Shown: piece after piece, positions 1-8,718 of the stretch
Layout: every line of letters starts with the position of its first letter
How positions within the stretch are numbered: position 1 is the stretch's first letter
NCBI GenBank assembly: GCA_027593235.1
Contig: JAQCIU010000002.1
Coordinates: 1-64,000, forward strand
Direction: 5' to 3'
Source: Chloroflexota bacterium
Lineage (GTDB): Bacteria > Chloroflexota > Dehalococcoidia > UBA2979
Length of the DNA stretch: 64,000 nt
The notes under the pieces: generated by a model
What the model saw: only the letters and a program-made list of their open reading frames with translations
Told to the model about the DNA's origin: nothing
Databases searched by the model: none
Made by a program: the position numbers and the translations under genes

Positions 1-114
1 CTTGACGAGCTCCCCAAGAACCTTGGTGCTCACCAACTCGTTGCGTCGATCCCTTGAACCCGCCCATCCGACTATTGGACGAAGATTCGCCGTGGCACGA
101 CTTCCCGGCGCGCG

Positions 115-1847
115 ATGATCCGAGGCGCAGGCATGGCCGGCGCCGGGCTCGTTGGCGCCGTGCTGGTCGGCTGTGGCGGCGACGATGACGAGGGCGATGG
201 CGGCAGCGCGACCGCGACTGCCGCGCCCGGTGACGCCTCGGCAACCGCTGGGGCGACCGCCGCTCCGACCGAATCCGCGATGCAGCCGACGCCCGGTGGT
301 CGGTTCCGCCGGTCGGTCTCCGGGGATCCGACGAGCCTCGATCCGTACGCAAACGCGAGCTTCACCGCGAAGACGCTGGCCAGTCACGTCTACAGCCGGC
401 TGCTGAAGCTGGAAACGGGCGAGGGTCAGGACCCGTTCGACCTCGGCCCGACCTTCGACGCGGCCGAGTCCGCCGAATCGGCCGATGGCCTCGTCTGGAC
501 GAGCAAGCTCCAACAGGGCATCAAGTTCCAGGACATCGCGCCGGTCAGCGGCCGCGAACTGAACGCCGCCGACGTGGTCTTCTCCTTCGGGCGTCTGCGC
601 GCCGACGAGTCGCCGAACAACAGCGCGGTCAAGAACATCGTCGACGTGCAGGCGGTAGACGACTACACGATCAACGTGACGCTCGACGCTCCAGGTCCTG
701 AGTTCCTGGAGCAGATGGCCGCCTCAACCTGCTGTACCTGCAGCCGGTTGAGGCGGATGGCGGGTTCGACCCGTCACAGACCCCAATTGGAACGGGTCCG
801 TGGATCCTCGATGAGTTCCAGCCGTCCTCCAAGCTGACGTACAGCAAGCACCCCGGGTACTTCATCGATGGCTTGCCGTACATGGACGGCATCGACGAGG
901 CGATCATCCCGGAAAGCGCGAACGTGCTGGCGCAGTTCGAGGCTGGCAACCTGGATCTTGCGAGCATCGCGGCCCTCGAGTTGCTCGACCTGCAGAAGCG
1001 TCACCCGGAAACCTCATGGCAGCCGGGTACCGGTAACGGGATGGCGTGGCTCATCTTCTCTGGTAAGGAGATCAGCCCCGACGCGGTGTGGCGCGACCCG
1101 CGCTACCGTCAGGCGACCTCGATGGCGATCGACCGTGGCGGCCTCTTGGACCTCGCGGGCAACGCCACCGAGCTGATCGCCGCCGGCTTCGACTCGCCGA
1201 CGTTGACGCGGTGGAACAACATCCCGCAGCCGTCGGCCTTCGGCCCGCGCTTCTGGCTCGACCCGCGCTCACCCGCACAGGGCGACACCGGGAAATTCTT
1301 CGAGTACAACCCGGCCGAGGCGAAGAAGCTGCTGGACGCGATCGGCGAGATTCCGTCGGTTCCGTACGCGTACACGAACCGCTATGGGAGCACGTTCCTC
1401 GGCCTGGCCGAGGCGGCGGGGAACTTCCTCACGCAGGCCGGTTTCAACATCGAGACGGACGTGCAGGACTACAGCTCCCTGTACATCACCAACACCTTCC
1501 TTGGTGAGTTCCAGGGGATCGCCTACGGCCTGGAGAGCACGCTGACCCCCGGTGGGTACGCAGAGCGCTTCTTCGGCACCGATGGTGCGAACCACGGTCG
1601 GGTGCACGAGCCCGAGATGGAAGAGCTGGTGCTCTCGCAGAGCCGCGAGCTCGACGCCGAGGCGCGCACCGAGATCTTCTACGAGATGGCCCGCCGCAAC
1701 GCGGAGAGCATGTACTACGTTCCGGCGCAGTCCAGCTCGACCACCTCGTGGACCGGCTTCTCCGGTCGGATGCACGGCCTCCGCCGCAACCGCGGATACG
1801 GGTCCGGCGCCGAGTCGGTGATGCACTACTGGATCAGCGAGGCCTAA
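115..1847 (+). pseudogene. ABC transporter family-5 substrate-binding lipoprotein (Tat-type signal), frameshifted near 721
   Basis: SRRAMIRG...LVGC Tat/lipobox leader and SLDP motif in ORF 115-837. After about 721 the SBP text continues in the frame of ORF 873-1847 (LNLLYLQPVEADGGFDPSQTPIGTGPW...GLPYMD), so one gene is split by a 1-nt loss. The true start is probably upstream of 115. Confidence 0.85.
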
Positions 1848-1901
1848 CCCCTCGCTGGTGATCGCCGTCGGGTTCGCCCCGGCGGCACGGATTGAACCAA
1901 C

Positions 1902-1945
1902 ACACGGCTGGCTTCGCACCGCGAAGCCAGCCGTGTTTGCGTTTT
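1902..1945 (+). terminator. Intrinsic terminator after SBP gene
   Basis: Perfect 16-bp stem ACACGGCTGGCTTCGC/GCGAAGCCAGCCGTGT with a 3-nt loop, followed by TTGCGTTTT. Confidence 0.75.
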
Positions 1946-2143
1946 ACCGCGCTGCGGCGATCGTCGACGGGCGGCGGGCGAGGATCATCGTTGGCGGGCT
2001 GTTCGAGGAGGCGACGCGGCCGACGATCCACCCGAGCAACCTCGGCGTCATCGAGGGCGAGCGCGGGTGGCCGTGGGGCGGCGAGGGCTGTCATCCGCGG
2101 AGACGCCGTCCGAGGCGTCCTCGCCTCCGCGGGTGAGAATCGA

Positions 2144-2220
2144 TGGTCGGGGCGCGCAGATTTGAACTGCGGGCCTCTGCGTCCCAAACGCAGCGCTCTG
2201 CCAGGCTGAGCTACGCCCCG
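2144..2220 (-). tRNA. tRNA-Pro(TGG)
   Basis: Reverse complement CGGGGCGTAGCTCAGCCTGGCAGAGCGCTGCGTTTGGGACGCAGAGGCCCGCAGTTCAAATCTGCGCGCCCCGACCA folds as a cloverleaf with encoded CCA. Confidence 0.97.
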
Positions 2221-2247
2221 AGGCGATCTAACGTACCGCGATCGACG

Positions 2248-2664
2248 CTACGAGGGGCCTCGTGGCGGCGTCAACGGCTCAGCTTCTTCTAACCCGCAGT
2301 TTTCACAGCGCCAACCCTGCAATCCGTGCGCCAGCGCGCCCGGGCGGGGACGTTCCTCGAAGCGGGTGACAAGGGCGTAGCAGCGCGGGCAGGTCCCGGC
2401 CGCCAGCGTCTCACGGTGCGCGTCGCGCGCCGACCAGCGCCAGAGCGTCACGCCGACCGCGGTGGCGATCATGATGCCCGCGGGGACGGCGAGTGGGTCG
2501 GGGCCGATCCGGTGCATCACGCGGCTGCCGAGGATGAACCAGACTGCGCAAGCTCCGGCGAGGATCGGCCACCAGATCAGCCGATCGGTGATCGACTGGA
2601 TCAGCGATCGACGGCGGGTGAGCGACTGCGCCGTTTCGCGGCGCTGGGGAGGGCTACTAGACAC
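2248..2664 (-). CDS. Hypothetical two-TM membrane protein with C-terminal Zn ribbon
   Basis: Two hydrophobic helices then CPRC...CENC. Overlaps the pyrD stop, suggesting co-transcription. Confidence 0.7.
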   Translation of the reverse strand: MSSSPPQRRETAQSLTRRRSLIQSITDRLIWWPILAGACAVWFILGSRVMHRIGPDPLAVPAGIMIATAVGVTLWRWSARDAHRETLAAGTCPRCYALVTRFEERPRPGALAHGLQGWRCENCGLEEAEPLTPPRGPS

Positions 2665-3583
2665 GGCGCGCGGCGCCGATCAGCTCGTCCACGTGCTCCA
2701 CGCCGTGCGACTCGCACCAGGCCGTGAACTCGCGCAGGATGCGCCACGGCGCTTCGGGGTCCAGGAAGGTCGCCGTACCCACCTGGATGGCAGTCGCGCC
2801 GGCCATCAGGAACTCGACGACGTCGCGACCGGACATCACGCCGCCCGAGGCGACGATTGGCACCGAGGTCACGGACGCGGCCTGCCACACAAGCCGCACC
2901 GCGATCGGCCGGATCGCCGGGCCGGAGAGGCCGCCGAAGGCGTTGGCGATCGCCGGGCGTCGCTTTTCGATGTCGATCGTCAACGCTGGGATGGTGTTGG
3001 CGACGGTGATCGCCTGGGCACCAGCGGCGGCGACGGCCTCGACGATCGGACGGATGTCGCTCACGCTTGGTGTCAGCTTCACCAGCAGCGGTAACGAGGT
3101 ATTGCGGGCCGCCTCGCTCACGACCTGCGCCGCAGTGTAGGGATCCTGTCCGAACTCCAGGCCGCCGACCTCGACGTTGGGACAGGAGACGTTCAGCTCG
3201 ATCGCGGCGACGCCGGCGACGCCGTCAAGGCGCTTGGCGAGGACGCCATACTCCTCGACCGTTTCGCCCATCACGTTGACGATCGCCGGCACGTTCCAGC
3301 GCGCCCAGGTCGGGGCGACGTTCCGTGTGAGTGCGCCGACACCGATGTTCTGGAAGCCGATCGCGTTGATCATCCCCGCCGGGGTTTCAATCGTGCGCGG
3401 TGTCGCGTTTCCTCGGCGCGGGCGCAGGGTCGTGCCCTTGGAGACGATCGCGCCCAGCGCGTCGATATCGAACTGCCTCGCAAGCTCCAGGCCGTTCGAG
3501 AAGGTGCCTGACGCCGTCATCACCGGATTGCGGAGCTGCAGTTGCAGCTTGTGGTGCGGTGCCAGATCGACACGGAGATCCAC
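2657..3583 (-). CDS. pyrD: Dihydroorotate dehydrogenase, class 1B catalytic subunit
   Basis: NPVMTASGTF, NAIGFQNIG, ELNVSCPN, VKLTP, GGLSGPAIRP and QVGTA motifs. Confidence 0.95.
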   Translation of the reverse strand: MDLRVDLAPHHKLQLQLRNPVMTASGTFSNGLELARQFDIDALGAIVSKGTTLRPRRGNATPRTIETPAGMINAIGFQNIGVGALTRNVAPTWARWNVPAIVNVMGETVEEYGVLAKRLDGVAGVAAIELNVSCPNVEVGGLEFGQDPYTAAQVVSEAARNTSLPLLVKLTPSVSDIRPIVEAVAAAGAQAITVANTIPALTIDIEKRRPAIANAFGGLSGPAIRPIAVRLVWQAASVTSVPIVASGGVMSGRDVVEFLMAGATAIQVGTATFLDPEAPWRILREFTAWCESHGVEHVDELIGAARRV

Positions 3584-3816
3584 GCGGCCTCGCGATCAGT
3601 CGGGGGAGTCGCTGGTGGGCCGATGATACGCCGGGTGCGGTGCCGGGTCTTCCTCGAGCGCCGGGCGATCGGCGGGCGGATAGCGCGGAACACGCGGGGG
3701 CAGGCGGTCGATTGGGACCGCCGGCATCACGCATCGATAGCGACATAACGGAAGGTCGTCTGTGCTAGTTAGGGCGGCTCAGGCCGCCGTTCAGTTACGG
3801 CACGGGGATCAGGCCA

Positions 3817-3854
3817 GGAAACGAAACGGGGCGGCACCACTGGTGCCGCCCCGT
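3817..3854 (-). terminator. Intrinsic terminator of the small CxHHW gene
   Basis: 13-bp stem ACGGGGCGGCACC/GGTGCCGCCCCGT followed on the minus strand by TTCGTTTCC. Confidence 0.7.
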
Positions 3855-3878
3855 CGTGTTGTTGCCTTGCGGCGGCGC

Positions 3879-4148
3879 CTACTCGTCCGAGAGACGAATC
3901 TCCGCCGGCTTCGAGAAGCGGGAAGAAGCGCCGTTGGCTTCACGGACGTCGTTGCGGAGCGTGTTGGTCTGCTCCCACATCACGCTTTCCGTGGAGTTGG
4001 AGAAACCCTTTTCGACGCCACAGTGCTTGCAGACGCCGGTGCTTTCGCGACCGTTTGGGGCATCGATGATCCAGTGATGGATACAGTTCGCGGCCTTACG
4101 GGCCGCACCGGTGGGTCGAGATTCCGACTCGGCTGAGGTGCGACTCAT
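3879..4148 (-). CDS. Small putative Zn-binding protein (CIHHW...CKHC)
   Basis: AAGGA RBS, C-x-H-H-W-x13-C-x-x-C pattern, own promoter and terminator. Confidence 0.8.
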   Translation of the reverse strand: MSRTSAESESRPTGAARKAANCIHHWIIDAPNGRESTGVCKHCGVEKGFSNSTESVMWEQTNTLRNDVREANGASSRFSKPAEIRLSDE

Positions 4149-4304
4149 GTTGATACTGTCCTTTGCTCTGCGACGACCCTGGCTTGCAGTGCCCGGTTCT
4201 CAATTCGGCGTGTAGTCCGCCGTCGCCTTCGTGCTTCATCTCCGTCGCGGGTCCCAGGACCCTCAGTGACTGGAGTTCGCCGAATCCACACATCCGGCTG
4301 AGCT

Positions 4305-4333
4305 ATTATTTGCACTACCCTCGATCGCGTCAA
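4305..4333 (-). promoter_or_regulatory. Sigma70-like promoter for the 3879-4148 gene
   Basis: Minus strand TTGACG-17 nt-AATAAT in an AT-rich patch. Confidence 0.55.
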
Positions 4334-4588
4334 GCTTATTGTGCAAAAAAACTGCTAAACGTTTGTTAATCAGTTCCGCCTCGGCGTTTGCCCGTCTATA
4401 CTCCCCTTATCGGCAAAACCGTCGTCTGCGCGTAGCAGCTCCGACGGGTGATCTCCGGACGCGAACCGCGTTTTCCCCCGAAAGATCGCAACCACCGATA
4501 TAGACACAACGTTCGGACGCGCTCCGAGGTTCCCGTCAGATTTTAGAGAGAACCACATTCGTGATGCGCGTACCGCGGAAGGATACTG

Positions 4589-5626
4589 GTGACTGATCAG
4601 CAGGCCGTCCTCGAGGCGCTGCGCACTGTGAACGATCCCGAGCTACACCGCGACATCGTTTCCTTGAACATGGTGCGCGGCTTGAGGGTCGACGGAGGAG
4701 CCGTCTCCTTCGAACTCGTACTCACGACGCCGGCATGCCCACTCAAAGAGACGATCGACCGCGACGTGCGCGCCGCGCTCGGACCGGTCCCCGGCGTCCA
4801 ATCGATCGAGATCGACTGGGGCGCCGAGGTCCGTGGGACGCTGGGGCGTGACGGCGGTCCCGCCGCAATCGCGGGCGTTCGCAATGTGATCGCCGTTGCC
4901 TCCAACAAGGGTGGCGTCGGCAAATCGACCGTTTCGACCAACCTCGCCGTCGCGCTCGCCAAGCTCGGCGCGCGCGTCGGTCTCCTCGACGCCGACATCA
5001 CCGGGCCCAACATCCCGACGATGCTGGGCATCGAGGGTGGCCTGCAGGCCGAAGGGGAGCAGGGGCTGCGCGCGCTGGAGGCGTACGGCCTCAAGGCCGT
5101 TTCGATCGGCTTCGTGCTGCCCAAGGGCTCGCCTGTCGTCTGGCGTGGCCCGATGATTGGCTCCGGCGTGCGGCAGCTCATGCGCGACGTCGACTGGGGC
5201 GAGTTGGACTATCTGATCATCGATCTCCCGCCGGGCACCTCGGATGCCTCGATGACGATGGCGCAGGATGCGCTGATCGCGGGCGTCGTGATCGTTTCGA
5301 CCCCGCAGGTCGTGGCGATCGAGGACGCGCGCAAAGCAGTCGGGATGTTCGATCGCCTCGGCGTTCCGATCTTCGGGGTCGTCGAGAATATGTCCGGCGA
5401 CATCTTTGGTCGCGGTGGCGCTCGTGAGGCCGCCGAAGAGCTTGGTATCGAATTCCTCGGCGAGCTTCCGCTCGACGTGGCCATCCGTGAGGGCGGTGAC
5501 ACCGGGCGACCGGTCGTCGTCAGCGCCCCGGATTCTCAGGTTGCTCAATCATTCATCGCGCTCGCCGAACAGGTGGCGGCTCGATGTTCAGTTCTACAGT
5601 TCGCAGGTGAGGCGGCTATCGCGTGA
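4589..5626 (+). CDS. mrp: Mrp/ApbC/NBP35 P-loop ATPase with N-terminal DUF59 domain
   Basis: VNDPEL and TTPACP (DUF59), SNKGGVGKST, WRGPM, DYLIIDLPPGTSD and ENMS. Confidence 0.93.
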   Translation: MTDQQAVLEALRTVNDPELHRDIVSLNMVRGLRVDGGAVSFELVLTTPACPLKETIDRDVRAALGPVPGVQSIEIDWGAEVRGTLGRDGGPAAIAGVRNVIAVASNKGGVGKSTVSTNLAVALAKLGARVGLLDADITGPNIPTMLGIEGGLQAEGEQGLRALEAYGLKAVSIGFVLPKGSPVVWRGPMIGSGVRQLMRDVDWGELDYLIIDLPPGTSDASMTMAQDALIAGVVIVSTPQVVAIEDARKAVGMFDRLGVPIFGVVENMSGDIFGRGGAREAAEELGIEFLGELPLDVAIREGGDTGRPVVVSAPDSQVAQSFIALAEQVAARCSVLQFAGEAAIA

Positions 5627-6801
5627 CGATTTCGACGATCTGGGAGCCCGTGCTCGACGCGGCCGAAGGTTCAGGTGGTTCCGGATCGCGAGGCCGCGGC
5701 GCACGCCGCTCCTCGTCGATCATCGCCGGCCGTCGTCCGGCTCGAAAGCCGGATGACAAGCCGGAAGCAGACGAAAAGCCCGCGTCTTCCCGCCGTTCGG
5801 CGGCGGACAAGCCGGACGCGAAGGCGGACGACAACGATTCGGCTGACCGACCGCGCGCCCCGCGCCGCCGCCGCCGCGCCGCTCCGCGTGGCGAGGGCAG
5901 CCGCGACGAGGAGTCCAACGAGGCGTCCGACAAGCAGAGCAACGACGAGGATGACGCGCCCCGGTCGCGCTCCCGCCGCAGCCCCAGCCGCACTACGAGC
6001 CGCACTTCGAGCCGCTCTGCGAGTCGCAGCACCAAGGCCGAGCCCGACGACGCCGTCGCCGCGAGCGAAGAGCCCGAGGCCGCCGCGACCCCCGAGGAGC
6101 CAGTGGCCGAGGACGACGCGACCGAGGCGCCCGCCGCCGCGGCGGTTGCCGCCCCGGCTCGCCGGGCCCCGATCCGCGCGACGCCGTCCTCCAACGGCGA
6201 CGCCAGCGGCGACCTCGACTCCCTCCGATCGCTGGTGGAACACCAGGGATCCGTCCTCAACGAGCTGCGTGCCGGCCTGCTCACCCTCGGTGAGCAGCTC
6301 GACCGCGCCGCCACCAAGCCGCGCATGGGCGTCTTCGTCGACGTCCCGAACCTGATGTACGGCCAGGAGCCGGACGAGAAGCCCGTCAACATGGGCAAGC
6401 TCCTCGACTTCCTGCGCCAGGGCCGCGACATCGTGCGCGCGACCGCGTACTCGCCGGTCTCCGATAACCCCTCGGAGCCGCTGGAGCAGCAGAAGTTCGT
6501 CGCCCCATTCGTCCCTTACGAGTACCGCATCGTCACGAAGCCGCTGAAGCGGTTCGCGGATGGTTCGATCAAGGGCAATTTCGACGTGGAGATGGCGATC
6601 GACATGCTCACGATGGCCGACCGGCTGGACGTGATCGCGATCGTCTCCGGTGACGCCGACTTCGCCCGCGCTGTCGAGGTCGTCCAGACCCGCGGTGTGC
6701 GTGTGGAGGTCGTCGCGTTCGCCCGCAGCTCCTCGCTGGAGATGCGCTCGCTCGCCGATCGCTACGTGGAACTCGGCGCCGTCATCAAGCAGCTCGTCTA
6801 G
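5623..6801 (+). CDS. NYN (LabA/DUF88 PIN-like) domain protein with long disordered N-terminus
   Basis: VFVDVPNL, KGNFDVEMAIDM, VSGDADF and LADRYVEL. N-terminal ~200 aa rich in R/S/D/A. Start uncertain. Confidence 0.85.
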   Translation: MTISTIWEPVLDAAEGSGGSGSRGRGARRSSSIIAGRRPARKPDDKPEADEKPASSRRSAADKPDAKADDNDSADRPRAPRRRRRAAPRGEGSRDEESNEASDKQSNDEDDAPRSRSRRSPSRTTSRTSSRSASRSTKAEPDDAVAASEEPEAAATPEEPVAEDDATEAPAAAAVAAPARRAPIRATPSSNGDASGDLDSLRSLVEHQGSVLNELRAGLLTLGEQLDRAATKPRMGVFVDVPNLMYGQEPDEKPVNMGKLLDFLRQGRDIVRATAYSPVSDNPSEPLEQQKFVAPFVPYEYRIVTKPLKRFADGSIKGNFDVEMAIDMLTMADRLDVIAIVSGDADFARAVEVVQTRGVRVEVVAFARSSSLEMRSLADRYVELGAVIKQLV

Positions 6802-6944
6802 CGAACTTCGCCCCCAGGGGCTCCGAGAGCTGCGGCTATTTCGAGGGCGCTCACCGGATGACGGTGGGCGCTCCGAGCGTCTGGAGCACCCCGCGCGGAG
6901 CCTCGTGACTCCGGATTACGGTAGGTGGCGGCGCGTCGGTCGGG

Positions 6945-7220
6945 CTAGTGCCCGTTGGGGCTCTTCGGCGCGACGGCCTCATCCTCGTCGCCGTACAGGT
7001 CCCCGAGCGTCCAGTTCGACGCGCGACCGGATCCGCCGCCCACGAGCGGCTCTCCCGAGGTAATCGCGGCCAGATACGCACCACCGCTCAGACCGAGCCC
7101 GCCGCCGATGGCCCAGCCCAGAATCGCCGGCTCCGCGTTGACCACGAACACGCCGATCGCGAGGCCGATCGCCATGCCACCGATCACCCAGAGGTAGTGG
7201 GGTCGCAAGTAGCGCCTCAT
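6945..7220 (-). CDS. Small hypothetical membrane protein
   Basis: MRRYLRPHYLWVIGGMAIGLAIG..., two Gly-rich TM helices, 30 nt downstream of pyrK. Confidence 0.6.
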   Translation of the reverse strand: MRRYLRPHYLWVIGGMAIGLAIGVFVVNAEPAILGWAIGGGLGLSGGAYLAAITSGEPLVGGGSGRASNWTLGDLYGDEDEAVAPKSPNGH

Positions 7221-7249
7221 TCGATCCCGCGCTTTCGGTTCCAGCCTGG

Positions 7250-8026
7250 CTAGGAGTAGAGGTCGCGCAATTCGAAGCGCGGCCCGTCGGTGCACACCAA
7301 TCGTACGCCGCCGCGCCTGGGGAAGACCGCGCACGAGTAGCAGACGCCAAACCCGCAGGCCATCCGCCCCTCCAGCAACCCCTGAACCGGCTTCGACGAA
7401 CCGACCCGGCGGGTCACGTCGTGCAGCGCCTCGAACATCGGCTCCGGGCCGCAGGAGAAGGCCTGATCGCACCAGGAGAGCAGACGCTCGAAGGGCGCGG
7501 TGACGCGGCCGCGTTCACCCAGTGATCCGTCCTCGGTGGTGACGATCACTTCGACCGCGGGCGGCAACAGCTCCGGCGGGAAGATCTGCGCCTCGCTACG
7601 TCCGCCGAGCAGCAACGTGACGTCGCGGCCCTCGGCGACCAGTTCGTCCGCGAGCCAGATCAGCGGCGCACAGCCGATCCCACCGCCAACGAGGAGCATC
7701 CGCTGCACCCGCGGGCGCACCTCGAAACCGTGCCCCAGTGGGCCCACGAACGCGATGCTGTCGCCTATGCTCCGGCGGGAGAGCCACTCGGTGCCGCGCC
7801 CGACGACGTCGAAGAGCAGCGCGAATTCCGGGCCATCGCGCCCCTCGCGCAGGCGATGGATCGAGAGCGCACGGCCGAGCAATGGATCCTGGCCTTCGCC
7901 GATGTAGGTCATCAGGAACTCGCCCGGGCGCACGTTGGTCAGCAGATCAGGTCGCCGCAGCCAGAGGATGTGCGTGTCGCCGTAGAGGCGCGCGCCCTCG
8001 GTCACCGTCGTCTCGAATCGCTCCAT
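7250..8026 (-). CDS. pyrK: Dihydroorotate dehydrogenase electron transfer subunit
   Basis: RALSI, GPLGHGF, LVGGGIG, CGPEPM and MACGFGVCYSC...VCTDGP 2Fe-2S motif. Start trimmed to MERFET. Confidence 0.92.
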   Translation of the reverse strand: MERFETTVTEGARLYGDTHILWLRRPDLLTNVRPGEFLMTYIGEGQDPLLGRALSIHRLREGRDGPEFALLFDVVGRGTEWLSRRSIGDSIAFVGPLGHGFEVRPRVQRMLLVGGGIGCAPLIWLADELVAEGRDVTLLLGGRSEAQIFPPELLPPAVEVIVTTEDGSLGERGRVTAPFERLLSWCDQAFSCGPEPMFEALHDVTRRVGSSKPVQGLLEGRMACGFGVCYSCAVFPRRGGVRLVCTDGPRFELRDLYS

Positions 8027-8034
8027 GCGCCGGC

Positions 8035-8718
8035 CTATTCCGCCGCGACCGTGGCCGGCGCGCCCTCGAGGAGGATCGCGCCCACGCCGCCAAGGTCCTC
8101 GGCGATGTGCGTTGCGCCCGAGGCACGCAGCTCTTCCGGTGTGCGCGCTCCCAGCAGCCCGATTCGCTGGCCAATCTCGGCGTCGCGTCCGGTCTGCATG
8201 TCGAACTCCGTGTCGCCAACGAAGGAGGCGTCGCGCGCCGTCACCCCGATTGCCGCAAGCGCGAACCGCGATCCATCCGGCCACGGCTTCGCCCGCGGGG
8301 TCGTGTCGCGGCCCACGATCACATCGAAGTAGCGCTCCCAGCGCTGGATCTCGATCATCCGGCGGGCGCCATCCTCGTTCTTGTTCGTCACGAGCGCGAG
8401 CGGGACGTCCGCGTCGTACAGGCGGCCGAGCAGCTCCTCGGCGCCGGCGAGCGGCAGCGTCGTGTCGATGAACTCGTCGTAGTACAGCTCCAGGTAGCGG
8501 GCGTTCATCTGATCCGCGACATCCCCGCGGACGCCGGTCAGTTCGGAAGCCAGCACCGGCATCGGCGCGCCGATCAGCGGAAGGACCACCTCTGGCGCGA
8601 AGTCATAGCCGAAATCGGCGAGCGCGCGTGACATCGCGGCAGCGACGGTTGGCAGTGAATCCACCAGCGTGCCATCGAGATCGAAGAGGACGCCGCGAAC
8701 GGCCGCCCGCTCGCTCAC
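8035..8718 (-). CDS. HAD-family phosphatase (phosphoglycolate phosphatase-like)
   Basis: [18 protein letters not shown] and VGDTEFD. GTG start overlaps the carB stop (GTGA). Confidence 0.88.
   Translation of the reverse strand: MSERAAVRGVLFDLDGTLVDSLPTVAAAMSRALADFGYDFAPEVVLPLIGAPMPVLASELTGVRGDVADQMNARYLELYYDEFIDTTLPLAGAEELLGRLYDADVPLALVTNKNEDGARRMIEIQRWERYFDVIVGRDTTPRAKPWPDGSRFALAAIGVTARDASFVGDTEFDMQTGRDAEIGQRIGLLGARTPEELRASGATHIAEDLGGVGAILLEGAPATVAAE

Noticed and set aside
1858-2136. Short ORFs between the SBP gene and tRNA-Pro
   Set aside because: They run through the terminator hairpin and have no RBS or motif.
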